Of a stretch of DNA of 64,000 bases, positions 24,827 to 37,316 are shown one piece after another (the first letter of the stretch is position 1; the number at the start of each line of letters is the position of its first letter). A model generated the notes under the pieces. That model had not been told where the DNA came from. It saw nothing but the letters and a program-made list of their open reading frames with translations, and made no database searches. The DNA is from Octopus sinensis (taxonomy: Eukaryota), in the NCBI RefSeq assembly GCF_006345805.1, contig NC_043017.1:29512001-29576000 (forward strand), written 5' to 3'. The translations under genes were made by a program, and so were the position numbers.

Positions 24827-24851
24827 ACAGGGCCAGGAGACCTGGCCCTGT
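24827..24851. other. Perfect 11-bp GC-rich hairpin
   Basis: ACAGGGCCAGG-AGA-CCTGGCCCTGT. Confidence 0.9.
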
Positions 24852-24862
24852 TGATCTTAACT

Positions 24863-25560
24863 GTAGGGGTACCCATAAACCGAATTTTGCAATATTATTT
24901 TGTCCATACGATTTTACATGTTTACACTTTTATCGCCTTCAAAGTATTCTCCATTGGAAGCAAATCTTCGGTCCAGACGCATTTCCCACTGTCCGTAGCA
25001 GTGCTGGAACTCCTGCGAAGTGATGCCTTTCAACGCCTCCGTCGCTCTCTTCTTCGCCTCTTCTACACCTGCAAATTCCGTAGCTTTCCTCACCAGTGAT
25101 GTCCTTCGAAAGAAGTCCCAGATCAACTTTCAACTGCTCTTTCAGTTCACCACGCGATTGCTTTTGATCTTCCGTGAGCAAGGGTGGCACAAATTTTGCT
25201 GCAACTCATTTCCTTCGCAATTCCTCACTCATGATTCATTGGCAGGAGTTGCAGGCCACACCAATTATATCAAGAAGTTTGTTAATTGTTCAGTGACGAT
25301 CCTCCAAGGTCAGTTCAGGAATTTTCATAAGGTTTTCATTGGTCCGGAAGGTCGGCGGTCACCCTGAACGAGGTTCGTCTTCAAGCGACAAGTGACCATT
25401 CCTTAAGTATGAAACACCACTCGTAAAATTGTGTTTTGCTTCCGGCAGCGTCCTTGTAAGATGTTTGAAGTATGACAACCTGTTTCGGCTGCCACTTTCC
25501 CCAACAGAAAACAGAATTACACGAAAACACATTGTTTTCTCCAACAGTTTTGTGAGTACA
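24863..25560 (-). mobile_element. Decayed, internally deleted mariner transposon
   Basis: CFLLGK.AAET ... YKDAA.SKTQFYEW ... NGHLSLEDEPRSG* ... VAAKFVPPLLTEDQKQSR ... SKDITGEES fused to FAGVEEAKKRATEALKGITSQEFQHCYGQW ... SNGEYFEGDK; only a degenerate TIR-like TAGGGGTACCC at about 24863. Confidence 0.92.
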
Positions 25561-26128
25561 CAACATGTTCAAGGTAATTTTATTTATTGCCTTTTCATTT
25601 CTGATTATATCATAAACAAACAATCAATAAGGTGTCCGTAAACATATTCAAACAATATTTAATTGGTAGATTTTATATTCTAAAAAGTTTGACCAACAAG
25701 TTTATATATATTTGTTTACAGATATTGAGAAATGACAACGATCTGTATGGAATAGAATGAGATTAAAAGGCATTCATGCATTTCGCAAAGTTATTAGTGA
25801 GGTGTGCAGAGTAAATTTCAATTAATTCAGACATTTTTGTGTACGTCATTTTGTTTTGGTTGCTGTGTAGGTGATATAATTTGAATATGCCACATCAATT
25901 TTGCAGCATGTGTGCAATCCTAATTTCAAATTGAAGATATAACAAAATGGATGCCATGTATTAGTGAGAATCTGATACCAATTTTACAATTTAATGAGAT
26001 GGAAAAAAGTGCAATTTAGCCGTGAGAGATACTTTTTTTTTCAGGATATAGAAATATAATGATCAGGGTGATGATGATGATGATGAGGTTGATGACACAG
26101 TGTTCGATGACAACAGCGGTGGTTATTA

Positions 26129-26162
<34 letters not shown>

Positions 26163-26163
<1 letters not shown>

Positions 26164-26570
26164 GGCAGAACGGTTCGCACATCGGGCTAAATGTTAAGTG
26201 GCATATGGTCCGTCTTTACATTTTAAGGCGGTAAGGTGGCAAAATCGTTAGTACGCTGGACGAAATGCTTAGCAGTATTTCGCTTGTCTCTCTGTTCTGA
26301 GTTCAAATTCCACCGAAGTCACCTTTGCCTTTTATCTGTTCAGAGTCAATAAAAATAGGCACCAAGAGCAAACGGGAATCGATTACATCGATTCATCCCC
26401 TCCTTTGAAATTACTGCCCTTGAAGCAAAATCTGAAACGATTATTATTATTATTATTATTATTATTATTGAGCTAGCAGAATTGGTAACACATATGAAAA
26501 TGCTTTGCGGCATTGGGCATGTCGTCTCTCCTTACGTTTTGAGTTCAAATTCCGCCGACGACAGAGGGGG
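26163..26570 (+). mobile_element. Cluster of three diverged family A-like SINE pieces nested in (ATT)n
   Basis: Heads at about 26163, 26225 and 26470; GAGTTCAAATTCC occurs twice; ATT arrays before and between. Confidence 0.75.
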
Positions 26571-26749
26571 TAATTCGTTGATTCATATAAACATCTAAGT
26601 TATAATAGCTGTCTTGTGAAACACAGCTGTCAGAATCTCATAGATCTAAAATGGGATGACCCTTATTCCTTCTTGGCTTCATGAAAACTTCATGTTCAGA
26701 ATACATTCACTGAAAATATTATTCGCTAGAAATGTTGGCAAAGACAGAA

Positions 26750-27040
26750 ATCATCATCATCATCATTGTTCGACCGTAGTCGAGACTCCATAGTCTTTTC
26801 AAATGGCTAATAATGTGTGCGCGCGCCGCTACTACACACATTGGAAAGCATTGTACAACCAAGCACTAAAGAAGAACTTTCCTCCTCCATGAAACAAAGC
26901 TGTTCCCGCTGGACGTCAACCCAGTATTTCTAAGCTACGGACCGAGTGATTTATTGTAAGGTTATCTCCCTAGATAGATTGCCTTCACTACCGCTAAGGA
27001 GCCCTTTCTACCCCACATAAATAGTATATAGCTTGAGATA
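26750..27040 (-). mobile_element. Possible RTE-related non-coding remnant with (GAT)n tail
   Basis: (ATC)n at 26750-26766; GGTTATCTCCCTAGATAGATTGCC ... GCTAAGGAGCCC resembles RTE-associated sequence from memory only. Confidence 0.3.
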
Positions 27041-27202
27041 CAATTGTAAGCATCGCAGTCATTAAATTCATGGCGTATGTTACATAGACAAGCAGTGCTG
27101 ACTACAGATCCAAATATTTGGGATTAGATATGAGAAAGTACTTTTGGTATATGAATCGGCGTGTGAATGCGAGTGCATTTAACAATGTGTGTGTTGGTAT
27201 TT

Positions 27203-27540
27203 TTACGGATTCCATGGACAGCGAGGTTCACCAATGGAGATGTGCTTAAGCAGATCAGGCCGAAAATGTCGCTAGAAGCTAGGATCACAAAGCATATATT
27301 GGCATATTTCGGTCATATTATGCGGAGAAAATCCCTGGAGAAGGACATCATGCTCGGAATGGTCCGTGGCAAGAGAGGAAAAGGCCGACCAAAAACCCGC
27401 TGGCTTGACACCATGAAGAGTGATACCGGAATGGACATAGCCAATCTGAAAGAAGCAGCCCAGGATAGAACTGACTGGAGGACACTGATCCAACGAGTAA
27501 CCGAGAGTCGACTTCGACTGAGCGGATAGATAGATAGATA
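27203..27540 (+). mobile_element. 5'-truncated RTE-clade (BovB-like) LINE 3' end with TSD
   Basis: Open frame LRIPWTARFTN ... SLEARITK ... YFGHIMRRKSLEKDIMLGMVRGKRGKGRPKTRWLD ... DRTDWR ... VTESRLRLSG*; (GATA)n tail; 12-bp TSD GTGTTGGTATTT at 27191-27202 and 27541-27552. Confidence 0.96.
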
Positions 27541-29686
27541 GTGTTGGTATTTAGTCTAAAGTCAGCTATATTTAAGAAGAGCTACTATAAACTGTGACTA
27601 TTCAAGCTTATTAAAATATTCTGTATCCAAAATCACATTACGTAATCCATCCTCTTGTTTTTAGACAACTGTGGGGTATTTGATGAAAAATTTGACTCTA
27701 ATTTGTAGGAGAATGAACTATCTCCTACATGTTTAGTCTTAAGATTTGAGCCTGCAAGTGTATGTATGTGTGGCAGTCATTGCATGGACAAAAATTAAAA
27801 TGCGACTTATATGGTTTCCATTTCTTTACATGCTGATCGCACAAATTTCGATGGAATGGTACGTTAGGTTTCAATATTCACGACTATGTACGGCAATACA
27901 ACGAATTACGAATTAACTTTTTAAACGAAAAGCTATATTAACATATAAAAAATGAGCCGCAATCAGTATTTCAACCTGTCTATTTTTATATCATTTTATT
28001 TTATTTTACTTTTTAGTTTGCTGAATACAGTCTAATTCTATATGGAAAAAGTCTAACTTTGCACAATGTATTTAACTTGCATGCAAAGCCATACATTATC
28101 CAACGGTCTTCCGTCCATTTAGAAATATTATTCAATAGAGATTGAAAAAACTAAAATGTGAACGAAACCAAAAAAAAAAAAAAAAAAAAATTAAAAATAC
28201 TTCCCCCAAAACGAAATAAAAAATAAAATTGTCGAATTAACATGGCATGCAAAGTATTCAATTAAATTTCAGAAAGTTACCTGCTCGAAGTTATATTCGT
28301 TTGTCACAGATATTTCTTATGATTTTTGCAAACTGCGTGACTGAAGAGCAAATTCTCACATATCTGTTGGGCTTAATCTTTTGTTTCACACATTTGCTTT
28401 TTTTTTAATACTTCAATAAGGACAACAAAGAAGAAATGAGAAGAAATGACATTCCTTTTGTATTTATAATCCTAATATTTTAATGAATAGTTCATTTTCT
28501 AATTTGATTTAAAATTTCAGTGAAAGTTATATATTTGTTTTAAATATTTTTCTTCGATCGTTGTAGGTTTTTTAAAAATTTTATTTTGGCTCATAAAATA
28601 CGTATTTACTCAATAGCTTATTGCAAAATCCTAGTATTATCATAATGGTGTTCAATAATATAATCATCGGTGTTATTGTATAAAAGAAATAAATGTTGCC
28701 GCAAAATAATTCTAAAGAAGTGATAATCTAAGGAAGAGTTAAAATGTTCCTTACAACCAGAGATGACTTCTATATTATCAGATCGGCAAGTTAGATCACC
28801 ACTTTCAAGTTGCTATATATTTGTCGTTCATGTCGATTTCTATAAATGGCATGAATGAATTTTTGGTTTTACACAATGAGTGTTGCAAAACAAAATGCAA
28901 ATTCCTTCCCGCAGGAGGAAAAGATCAGCCTCAAAGAAATAATATGGGAAGGAATTTAATTCCACTTTGAAAGAGATTTAATTTGAATGAGTGCAAGCGT
29001 TGTCCTTTTTTAAGGCGCATGACTGTAAAATGGCTGTCGTAATCAAGGTAAACTTGGGCAAAAACAATGAATAAACGCAAATTGAATAGCCATCTTATAT
29101 CGTGACCGGATGTACAATGTGTCCCTGTTATAGATTGGATAATCACCATATACGTTATTTGGATGCAAAATGATTTTCGGGAATAAATAAATGAATATTA
29201 TATATGGTGGTCGGATGTAAAGTATTTCTCCGTTATAAAAGGAATGAATGCAAAATACTCTTCAAATCTGGAAATTCTCATGCCAATCGACATATCTCCG
29301 AAGAAATGCCCATCAATGATGCTAATTCCAGAACAGGTGAACCCTGAGACCATCCAATCGAACAGCGTTACAGGTAATTGAGTGACATTCCCATAATAAG
29401 CCTTGACGATGAGAATGTAAAACCTACAAGAAATTTTAATCCTTAAATGTTTCTTAGAATATCACGTGCCTTAGATTGTATATGAGAGGGATAGAAGCTA
29501 TTAGATTACTTTCTTTATTAAATCAGCGAGCTCTATATATCTAGCACATGTTGTTTTATCATAAAAAAGTAAAGGTGAAGTTGGCGATGGCTGGATTCGA
29601 ACACACTGTATACTAATTATCTTTATGTTCTTTCTCGAGCAGTCAAGAATTTCAGCTACTGCAAAATATTCCGTGGAATATAACAT

Positions 29687-30069
29687 GGAAGCACTCCGTC
29701 GGTTACGACGACGAGGGTTCCGGTTGATCCGAATCAACGGAACAGCCTGCTCGTGAAATTAACGTGTAAGTGGCTGAGCACTCCACAGACACGTTTACCC
29801 TTAACGCAGTTCTCGGGGATATTCAGCGTGACACAGAGAGTGACAAGGTCGGCCCTTTGAAATACAGGTACAACAGAAACAGGAAGTAAGAGTAAGAGAA
29901 AGTTGTGGTGAAAGTGTACAGCAGGGACCACCACCATCCCTGCCGGAGCCTCATGGAGCTTTAGGTGTTTTCGCTCAATAAACACTCACAACGCCCGGTC
30001 TGGGAATCAAAACCGTGATCCTACGACCGCGAGTCCGCTGCCCTAACCACTGGGCCATTGCGCCTCCAC
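29687..30069 (-). mobile_element. SINE family C, full length with 12-bp TSD
   Basis: tRNA-like head (A box TGGCCCAGTGG, B-box-like GGTTTTGATTCC); TSD GGAATATAACAT at 29675-29686 and 30070-30081. Confidence 0.95.
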
Positions 30070-30457
30070 GGAATATAACATACCATTTAATGAACATCGC
30101 AAAATTTCAGTTTCATTCAGACATTTCAATACAACAATGTCCCATTATTGACAGCATGCCTTTAGCGCTACATCCGACACAAATCATTTTATAGTAACGC
30201 ACTATTTGTTAAATAAAATATTTGATTAGGAAACGCATCAAAAATTAAAACGATGACAATGCAAAGAATTTTCAACAAACACCTGCCAATACTCAAAAAC
30301 GTAGACACATTGCAACTGCTTAAAGCAATAACACCTTATCAAAAATTCTACTATAGGTCAACTAAATTTCAAGAACGGAAGAATCAGCTCACCGAATCAA
30401 AAGGATTTTGTTGCTTTCCATAAAATATATTAAATGTTTTCAAAGTTGGTGGGATTA

Positions 30458-31347
30458 CGAGGTGGTATCAAAAGTTTCCTTGACTTATGTTTAATAAAAA
30501 AATAACTGATTTACTTAACTTTTAACATCGTCACCTTCAAAGAAGTCACCTTGTACAGCAATAAACCGGCCCCAGCGGTCCTTGCCCTTTCGGAAGCTGA
30601 CCTGGAAGTCGTTTTCCTTAAGAAAGTCGAAGAAGTTCTGCGGTTCTCTCTGAATCTCGACAACGGTGTTAAAACGGTGAACTTTGAGTTACCTTTTAAT
30701 CTTGGGAAAGACATGGAAGTTCGCAGGTGCTAAATCTGGCTAATAGGGCGTGTGCAGATGCGATGCCATGCTCTTTTTTGCGATAAACTGACGAATGAGG
30801 AGACCTCGGATACATGGTGCATTATGGTCGTAAAATGTCCAATTCGTCGCGCTCCACAGATCCGGTCACTTTCGTTGAACGTCCTCCCTCAAACGCTTCA
30901 ATATATCGCCATAGTATTCTGGATTGACGGTCAGTCTCCAGGAAACGAATTCTCGATGTATACAATATTACATTTCCGGAGGTGACGCTCGGAACAGATC
31001 TTTCAAATTGCTCAAGGAAGTTTTTACGCTTTTGTAGCGCTCGTGCGATTCGAAACATCGCGTACGACCCTTTGCCTCGTCGCAGAAAGCTTGTCGAAGC
31101 ATGCTCAATGTCTCCCGAAGAGACTTCCCAAGTTGGCCCTTTGTTCGTTCATGTCCATGACAAAATCGCAGACAGCTTATACAGGATCAGATAAACACAA
31201 ATTTCACAACTTCTGTAGTAAGCACATTGATGTCACACGGCATACTGTGCCATGAAGGTCACTGCTATCTCACTGTACACGCAACCGTGTGCTGCGATCT
31301 GTTGATGCGCTGCAGAACTAACCTTGGAAATTTTTGATACCACCTCG
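30458..31347 (-). mobile_element. Decayed mariner transposon with TIRs and TA TSD
   Basis: TIR CGAGGTGGTATCAAAA(G/A)TTTCC at both ends, TA at 30456 and 31348. N-terminus MDMNEQRAN ... RCFE; C-terminus HTPY*PDLAPANFHVFPKIK ... KENDFQVSF ... RW.RFIAVQGDFFEGD. Confidence 0.94.
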
Positions 31348-31399
31348 TATTGCAACATTTAAAAACTTTGTGGGCCTCACATACGTAAAGATAAAAAAT

Positions 31400-31800
31400 T
31401 TTTTGCATACCCATAGTATTTGAAATCTCAGGTGAACTAAGTCCTCCATTGGAGTAATGCTCCCACACTCCCACATCTGGGATAGTGTGGCTATTTTCAA
31501 CAATCGTCCATGACAACATGCAAATACAGAGCCATCAGACTGATAGTCAAAACCCACAACTTTATTATAAATCTTTATTATAGATGTATTCTATTCGTCT
31601 TTTACGAGGTCTTCTGCTCTTTTGAGCAATCTACTTTTATACATGTCCGCTCACCTTATTCACATAACTCTCATTTTCCAAAGTGCACTTTACCGCTACC
31701 TGTGCCTTGAACTTAACATTTATTAGCAAAAAGTTCTCTCCTCTAGGATCATCAGTGTTCCCCATCAACAGATGTTTAAAAAAAATATGAATAGCAACAG
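31400..31800 (+). pseudogene. Highly decayed CR1/L2/Jockey-group LINE ORF2 C-terminus
   Basis: Fragments across frames: LKSQV ... PPLE*CSH..IWD ... KYRAIRLI ... SSVFP ... QQMFKKNMN, in the order of the post-RT consensus K.QVRP.LEYCSH.W ... IQ.RAIRLI ... S.VFP ... FK. Confidence 0.7.
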
Positions 31801-32908
31801 ATAAAATTACACATTTTATACAGAAACTGGTGCTAGGTTACATACACGTACTAGGAAATCAATCATCGAACATGTAATTGTCCAAATTCATGTAGTGTTA
31901 ATTAAAACTACTCTTACGTATAGCTAATTAAATATACTGGGATTAGACGTACTTTATAAATTGCACATAATTAATGATTAAAATTTATGACAAAATAAAT
32001 TTTTGCAACAGTGATTGCTCTGATATGGATCGTCTCTGAATTGTATAGAGCCATACATACACATATGTACATACATGTACAGATACATGCGAACGCACAC
32101 ACGGACACGCATAGACGCACACGCACATACGTATTGTGAAATTAATGGATTTAAGAAGTGCTGCTGAAAATTAAATTAGTTCTGAATCTCGCATTGTTAC
32201 TATGACTGTATTCAGAAGCATTTCATATTCCTTATAACACATCGTACATTTTAAAGATAGTGTCAGAGAAACTGTATTAAAAGGAAATTTACTCGCAGTT
32301 GAAAAAATATCAGTATGAATAGCAATTCTGTTGAACACAATGGTGTGCTTATGTAGAGTAAATAGCACAAAGAATGGTTTGTATAAACGAATATAAGCAA
32401 ACATTGTGGATAGAAAATTGTTTCCTCGCTATTTTGATTCCTTTCTTTTGAGAACATCAGACCACACAGCTGACTGCAAACTGTTTAATGCAGAGCTTTA
32501 ACATTTCACCAAAGCAATAGCTTTCTTCATAATATTTTACTAAATAAAACCAAATGGAATAACAAATAGATATACAATGATTCGCCACATTGATGATAGC
32601 ATGAATTTACGAGGTTGTTAACAGTAGGATATCTACAATTAAACCTGAAAGCTTCCAATAATGTCAAGTTTAGATATAAGGATTCTTAAAATAATTGTAC
32701 TGTTAATACTGTAAATATTAAAAGTAGTAGGTGTCATACAAGATTAGAAAAGATTCTGGACTTAAGTATCTGTTATTTTTTTTTTCTTATTAATGTATGA
32801 ATATTTTTAAAATTCAGGCTTATTTGTTTTATATTTTATCTTTATCATTTTATGAATTCCTTTTCGTGTAATTGTTAGATTTGGTCACGTAATTGTTAGA
32901 TTTTTTTT

Positions 32909-33415
32909 CGTCCTTTTAAAGCGTAGCCAGGCACATAGGCCCGGTTTTCCGGTTTCCATGGCGTGTGTGTTCATCAGCTGGACGGGACGCCAGTCCATCG
33001 CAGCGTTACTCATTTTTTCCCCAGCTGAGTGGACAGGAGAAACGTGAAATGAAGTGTTATTCTCAAGAACACAACGCACCGCCCGGTCAAGGAATCGAAA
33101 CCACAATCTTACGATCATGGTGCTGGCACCCTAACCACTAAACCACGCACCTCCACCAAATAATAAACGCGCCCTTTTAAAGCCTAACCAGGTTCATGGG
33201 CCCGGTTTTCCAGTTTCAGTGGCGTAGAATTTCCCCACCTGAACGGGACGCCAGTCCATCGCAGGATTACTCATTTTTGCCAGCTGAATGGACTGGAGCA
33301 ACGTGAAATGAAGTGTTTTGCTCCAGAACACAACGTGCCGCCCGGTCCAGGAATCGAAACCACAACCTTACGATCATGTTGCTGACACCCTAACCACTAA
33401 GCCACGCGCCTCCGC
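32909..33415 (-). mobile_element. Tandem dimer of SINE family D
   Basis: Two complete units, about 32909-33157 and 33161-33415; flanked by AATTG(T/C)TAGATTT at 32891-32903 and 33416-33428. Confidence 0.92.
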
Positions 33416-34210
33416 AATTGCTAGATTTTACTATAAGGACAAAAGCCATTGAGTGAACAATGCTTGATTTGTTAGTTGTAGCAACCTAGTCTTTATTAAA
33501 TCATTATAGTTCATTATATGATATTCTACGTTGCCTTACGGCTTTCTGAAATACAAGACAATTTTATCTGAAATTATTCGATCCAGCGTGATAGAGAATA
33601 AGCTTGCATTTGATCCACAATGAATAGCAAACAAATTTCTCTCAAGGACATACATTGTAAATTGTAGCGTCGTGATGCTAGAAAAAGCAAAGAAATCTGC
33701 CTCAAACCAAACATTAGATTCTTAATTAAAGACAGAAACCCTAACTCAAAATATTCCTTTCGTACGAAGAAGGAAATAGTGAAATCGCAAAGCCTTTGAT
33801 CATAGGGTAACTGGAATAGTACTTAAATATGTCTAATTATTATCAACACAAACAAATAGTTAAGCATGATTTTGTTACTGTTATTCAACAGTAAATAAAA
33901 GTGATAATAAATCCTATCACATTTCTGTTGATAATTTAATCCATTGATTGACGCAACCAATATATAAGAACTGAAAATAAATAGATCGCCTCCATTTGAT
34001 TCTCGCTAAAGTTTGTCGACTGAACTCTCTATCAAGACTATATTTTCATTTTCTCTAATTAAAAACATCATGATTTCGGCAATAAATACAGACCAATATA
34101 ATTATATTTCTTCTGAAAGAGAAATTCACTCCAAAAAGAGAAACATATGGATTCGTAAAAACTTACTACTACTACTACTACTGCAGCTGCTGCTGCTGCT
34201 ACTACTACTA

Positions 34211-34590
34211 GTAATAATAATAATAATAGATATAACATGCCCAGCTAACAACAATGTATGTGATAAGGAAGAAAGAAATGTCGATAGATATGACTGGTTA
34301 GCTTGGGAGGTTAAGTAGTTGTGGTTGTTGAAAAAAGTGGTAGTAGTACCAATAATTGTCGAAGCCCTGGGAACAGTGAGTAAAAATCTTGAGAAGTACA
34401 TGGAACAAACAGGGGCTGCAATAAGAGTGGAGCACTTGCAGGAAACAACACTTTTTGGAACCGCTCTTATACTTCGGAAGGAGCTCGAAAAATAAGAGGT
34501 GTTACCTTAGTTCACTGGTAGTGAACTACTGACATCGTAGTTCATCTCCAGCGTTAGAAGCTGTGCAAAAGAAATACTACTAATAATAAT
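34211..34590 (+). mobile_element. 5'-truncated R4/Dong-like non-LTR retrotransposon: restriction-like endonuclease C-terminus and 3' UTR
   Basis: IIIDITCPANNNVCDKEERNVDRYDWLAWEVK*LWLLKKVVVVPIIVEALGTVSKNLEKY ... LQETTLFGTALILRKELEK* (stop 34493-34495); begins in and ends with TAA repeats. Confidence 0.9.
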
Positions 34591-34740
34591 ATATTAAAAA
34601 TAATTTTAGCACAAGAATGGCAAATTTGAGATTCTAATACATTGACCCCCGTACTTGGCTGGTACTTCATATTATCCACCCCGAAATGGTGAAAAGAAAT
34701 GTTAACCTCGATGACAGCTGAATTAAGTGCGTATATATAT

Positions 34741-34968
34741 TTTTTACTGCCCAGAAGGAGCTAAACATAGAGGGGACAAACAAGGACAGACGAAGGGATT
34801 GAGTCGATTATATCGCCCCCAGTGCGAAACTGGTACTTTATTTATCGATCCCGAAAGGATGAAAGGCAAAGTTGACCTCGGCGGAATTTGAACTCAGAAC
34901 GTAACGACAGACGAAATACCGCTAAGCATTTATCCCGGCGCGCTACCGCGTCTGCCAGCTCGCCGCCT
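34741..34968 (-). mobile_element. SINE family A, full length (older A-like fragments at about 34610-34720 and 35070-35260)
   Basis: Colinear with 13959-14177. Confidence 0.9.
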
Positions 34969-36249
34969 TTTGTGTGTGTATATAAACTGAAACAGGTGTA
35001 TAAGTGTGTATATAACCGAAACAGTTACAGCAACGCATGTATCCACACGCACAAACAATTCTTAATAATGGTTTGAGGTTTTGGAACTAAGCCAGCAATT
35101 TGACTGGGAGGAGGTTAAGTCGAGTACATTGGCATCAATGCTCAACTTTTACTTATTTTATAGACTCAGGAAGGAAGAATTACAAAGTTAGAACTTATAA
35201 TGTAAAGCAAGAGTGAAGCACCGCTAAGACGTTTGTGAGGCATTATAACAATTCTGCCTGCACTAAGTCGAACTTGATAAAGATTTCGTTGACTAAGATG
35301 ACTTTAGTTGATAACGTTTAGATCTGTGTTTGCTCTAAGAGAGATGGAATATGGCGAAAGAAACTATACCGGCTGCATATTTATTCACACATCGTAGCTA
35401 CCTGGGAGTACAGTATTGGAAATTTCCATAATCAAGCATCGTCAGAATTTCAATACAGAACAGAAGGAAAAGGCATACAAATATTGATTGAAGAATACTA
35501 CATTTCTTTACATTCCCTGTATTCTTCACAAAATTTCCCTAAATATAATGCAATAAAAAAACGAAATATATTTATGCATCTACGAAATAATATTTCGTTA
35601 TATAGAATAACATTTAAAAAAAAAAATGAAAGCTTGAATAAATTTTATTTTCAGTAGAAGAATACCAATAAAACGTTAATTTTTCCATGAGTAAATTCCA
35701 GTTATTTATGCTTCTATGACAGTAATTTGCATAATATTATTCACTGGAAACGTATTTCAAAGATACAATAAAGTGTCTTTCCCCTACACATTTCAAACAA
35801 GATTGCATAGTAACTCCGCTCCATAATTTACTACAAAACTCAACCTTCGTATTTAAACAATAGACCCTAGTCTTAATTGTGATTTCTTTCACGGCACCAT
35901 CTTTATAATCTCTCTCTCTCTTTCTTTCTATCCACCTCTCTCTGCCTTTCCTTCCCCCATCTCTCCACCCACACCTCGATCTTTCTAAACATCTCTGTAT
36001 GCTACATATTTACAGTCGATTCTTTTCTGTTGTCTCCTGGGTCATACAAAATTGACAGGTAAGACACAGGTATGACACACTCATACACACACATAGATAT
36101 AAGTTTAAGTTTTTACATGTATACGCAAACACAGACATACACTAACACTGATTAGTTGCGCTGACAGTTGTTAATTGTATGAAGCATATAGGGCTGATGC
36201 ATTAATCCTGCTTCCTAACATGCAATTATATATGAGTGTGTTGTATATA

Positions 36250-36641
36250 TATATATATATATTTATTTATTTATATATGTATATATGTGTGTGTGCGTGT
36301 AAATATATATATGTATATATAAACGTATATTTATTTATTTATATATGTATATATGTGTGTGTGCGTGTAAATATATATATGTATATATAAACGTATATTT
36401 ATTTATTTATATATGTATATATGTGTGTGTGCGTGTAAATATATATATGTATATATAAACGTATATTTATTTATTTATATATGTATATATGTGTGTGTGC
36501 GTGTAAATATATATATGTATATATAAACGTATATTTATTTATTTATATATGTATATATGTGTGTGTGCGTGTAAATATATATATGTATATTAAACGTATA
36601 TTTATTTATTTTATATGTATATATGTATGTGTGTGTGCGTG

Positions 36642-36708
<67 letters not shown>

Positions 36709-36730
36709 GTGTGTGCGTGTATATATATAT
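36250..36730. repeat. Minisatellite with 68-bp period built from microsatellite pieces
   Basis: GTGCGTGTAAAT recurs at about 36293, 36361, 36429, 36497, 36565 and 36635. Confidence 0.92.
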
Positions 36731-36774
36731 ATATACTCTACTCACAAATAATACGCTCACGTGTGTGTGTATAT

Positions 36775-36816
<42 letters not shown>

Positions 36817-37316
36817 ACATGCATATGCATGTATATTTTTGATATATAAGCCTGTATATATGTGTGTGCGTGACAGAGAGAGAGAAAGAGAAAGAAAGAG
36901 AGCAAGAGAGCGAGATAGTGTGTGGCTGCGTGTGTTGTCACATGCTTGTACAGTAATGCTTCTAGTTTGATACGGTGAGGAAACTGCAATAGACTAAACA
37001 AAAAAAATATCCGATGATATATTGTTGCGAAAATGTACGTGCAACAGTGTTTAAAGGAATTATATTGCGAATGTCCTCGCAAATTATAGAAAGACATAAC
37101 TAAAATTACTTTAACATCCCATTTTCATGTAACAGGTAATATAATCATTCATTATTGCATAGTATATGAGCTTGAGAGGGAACTCACACATCTGTTAACA
37201 TTCAAGAAATCTTGGCATTAATTTATGTGTTTATGGTTATAAGCATGCAATGACAGGCACGTGAGAATATAGTCCATATATATATATATACTCTCTCTCT
37301 ATATATATACATATAC

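Noticed and set aside
29990-30069. tRNA-like sequences (also about 33360-33415, 40150-40229, 50088-50160, 54090-54159)
   Set aside because: They are SINE heads: they run directly into repeat bodies and lack a closing acceptor stem.
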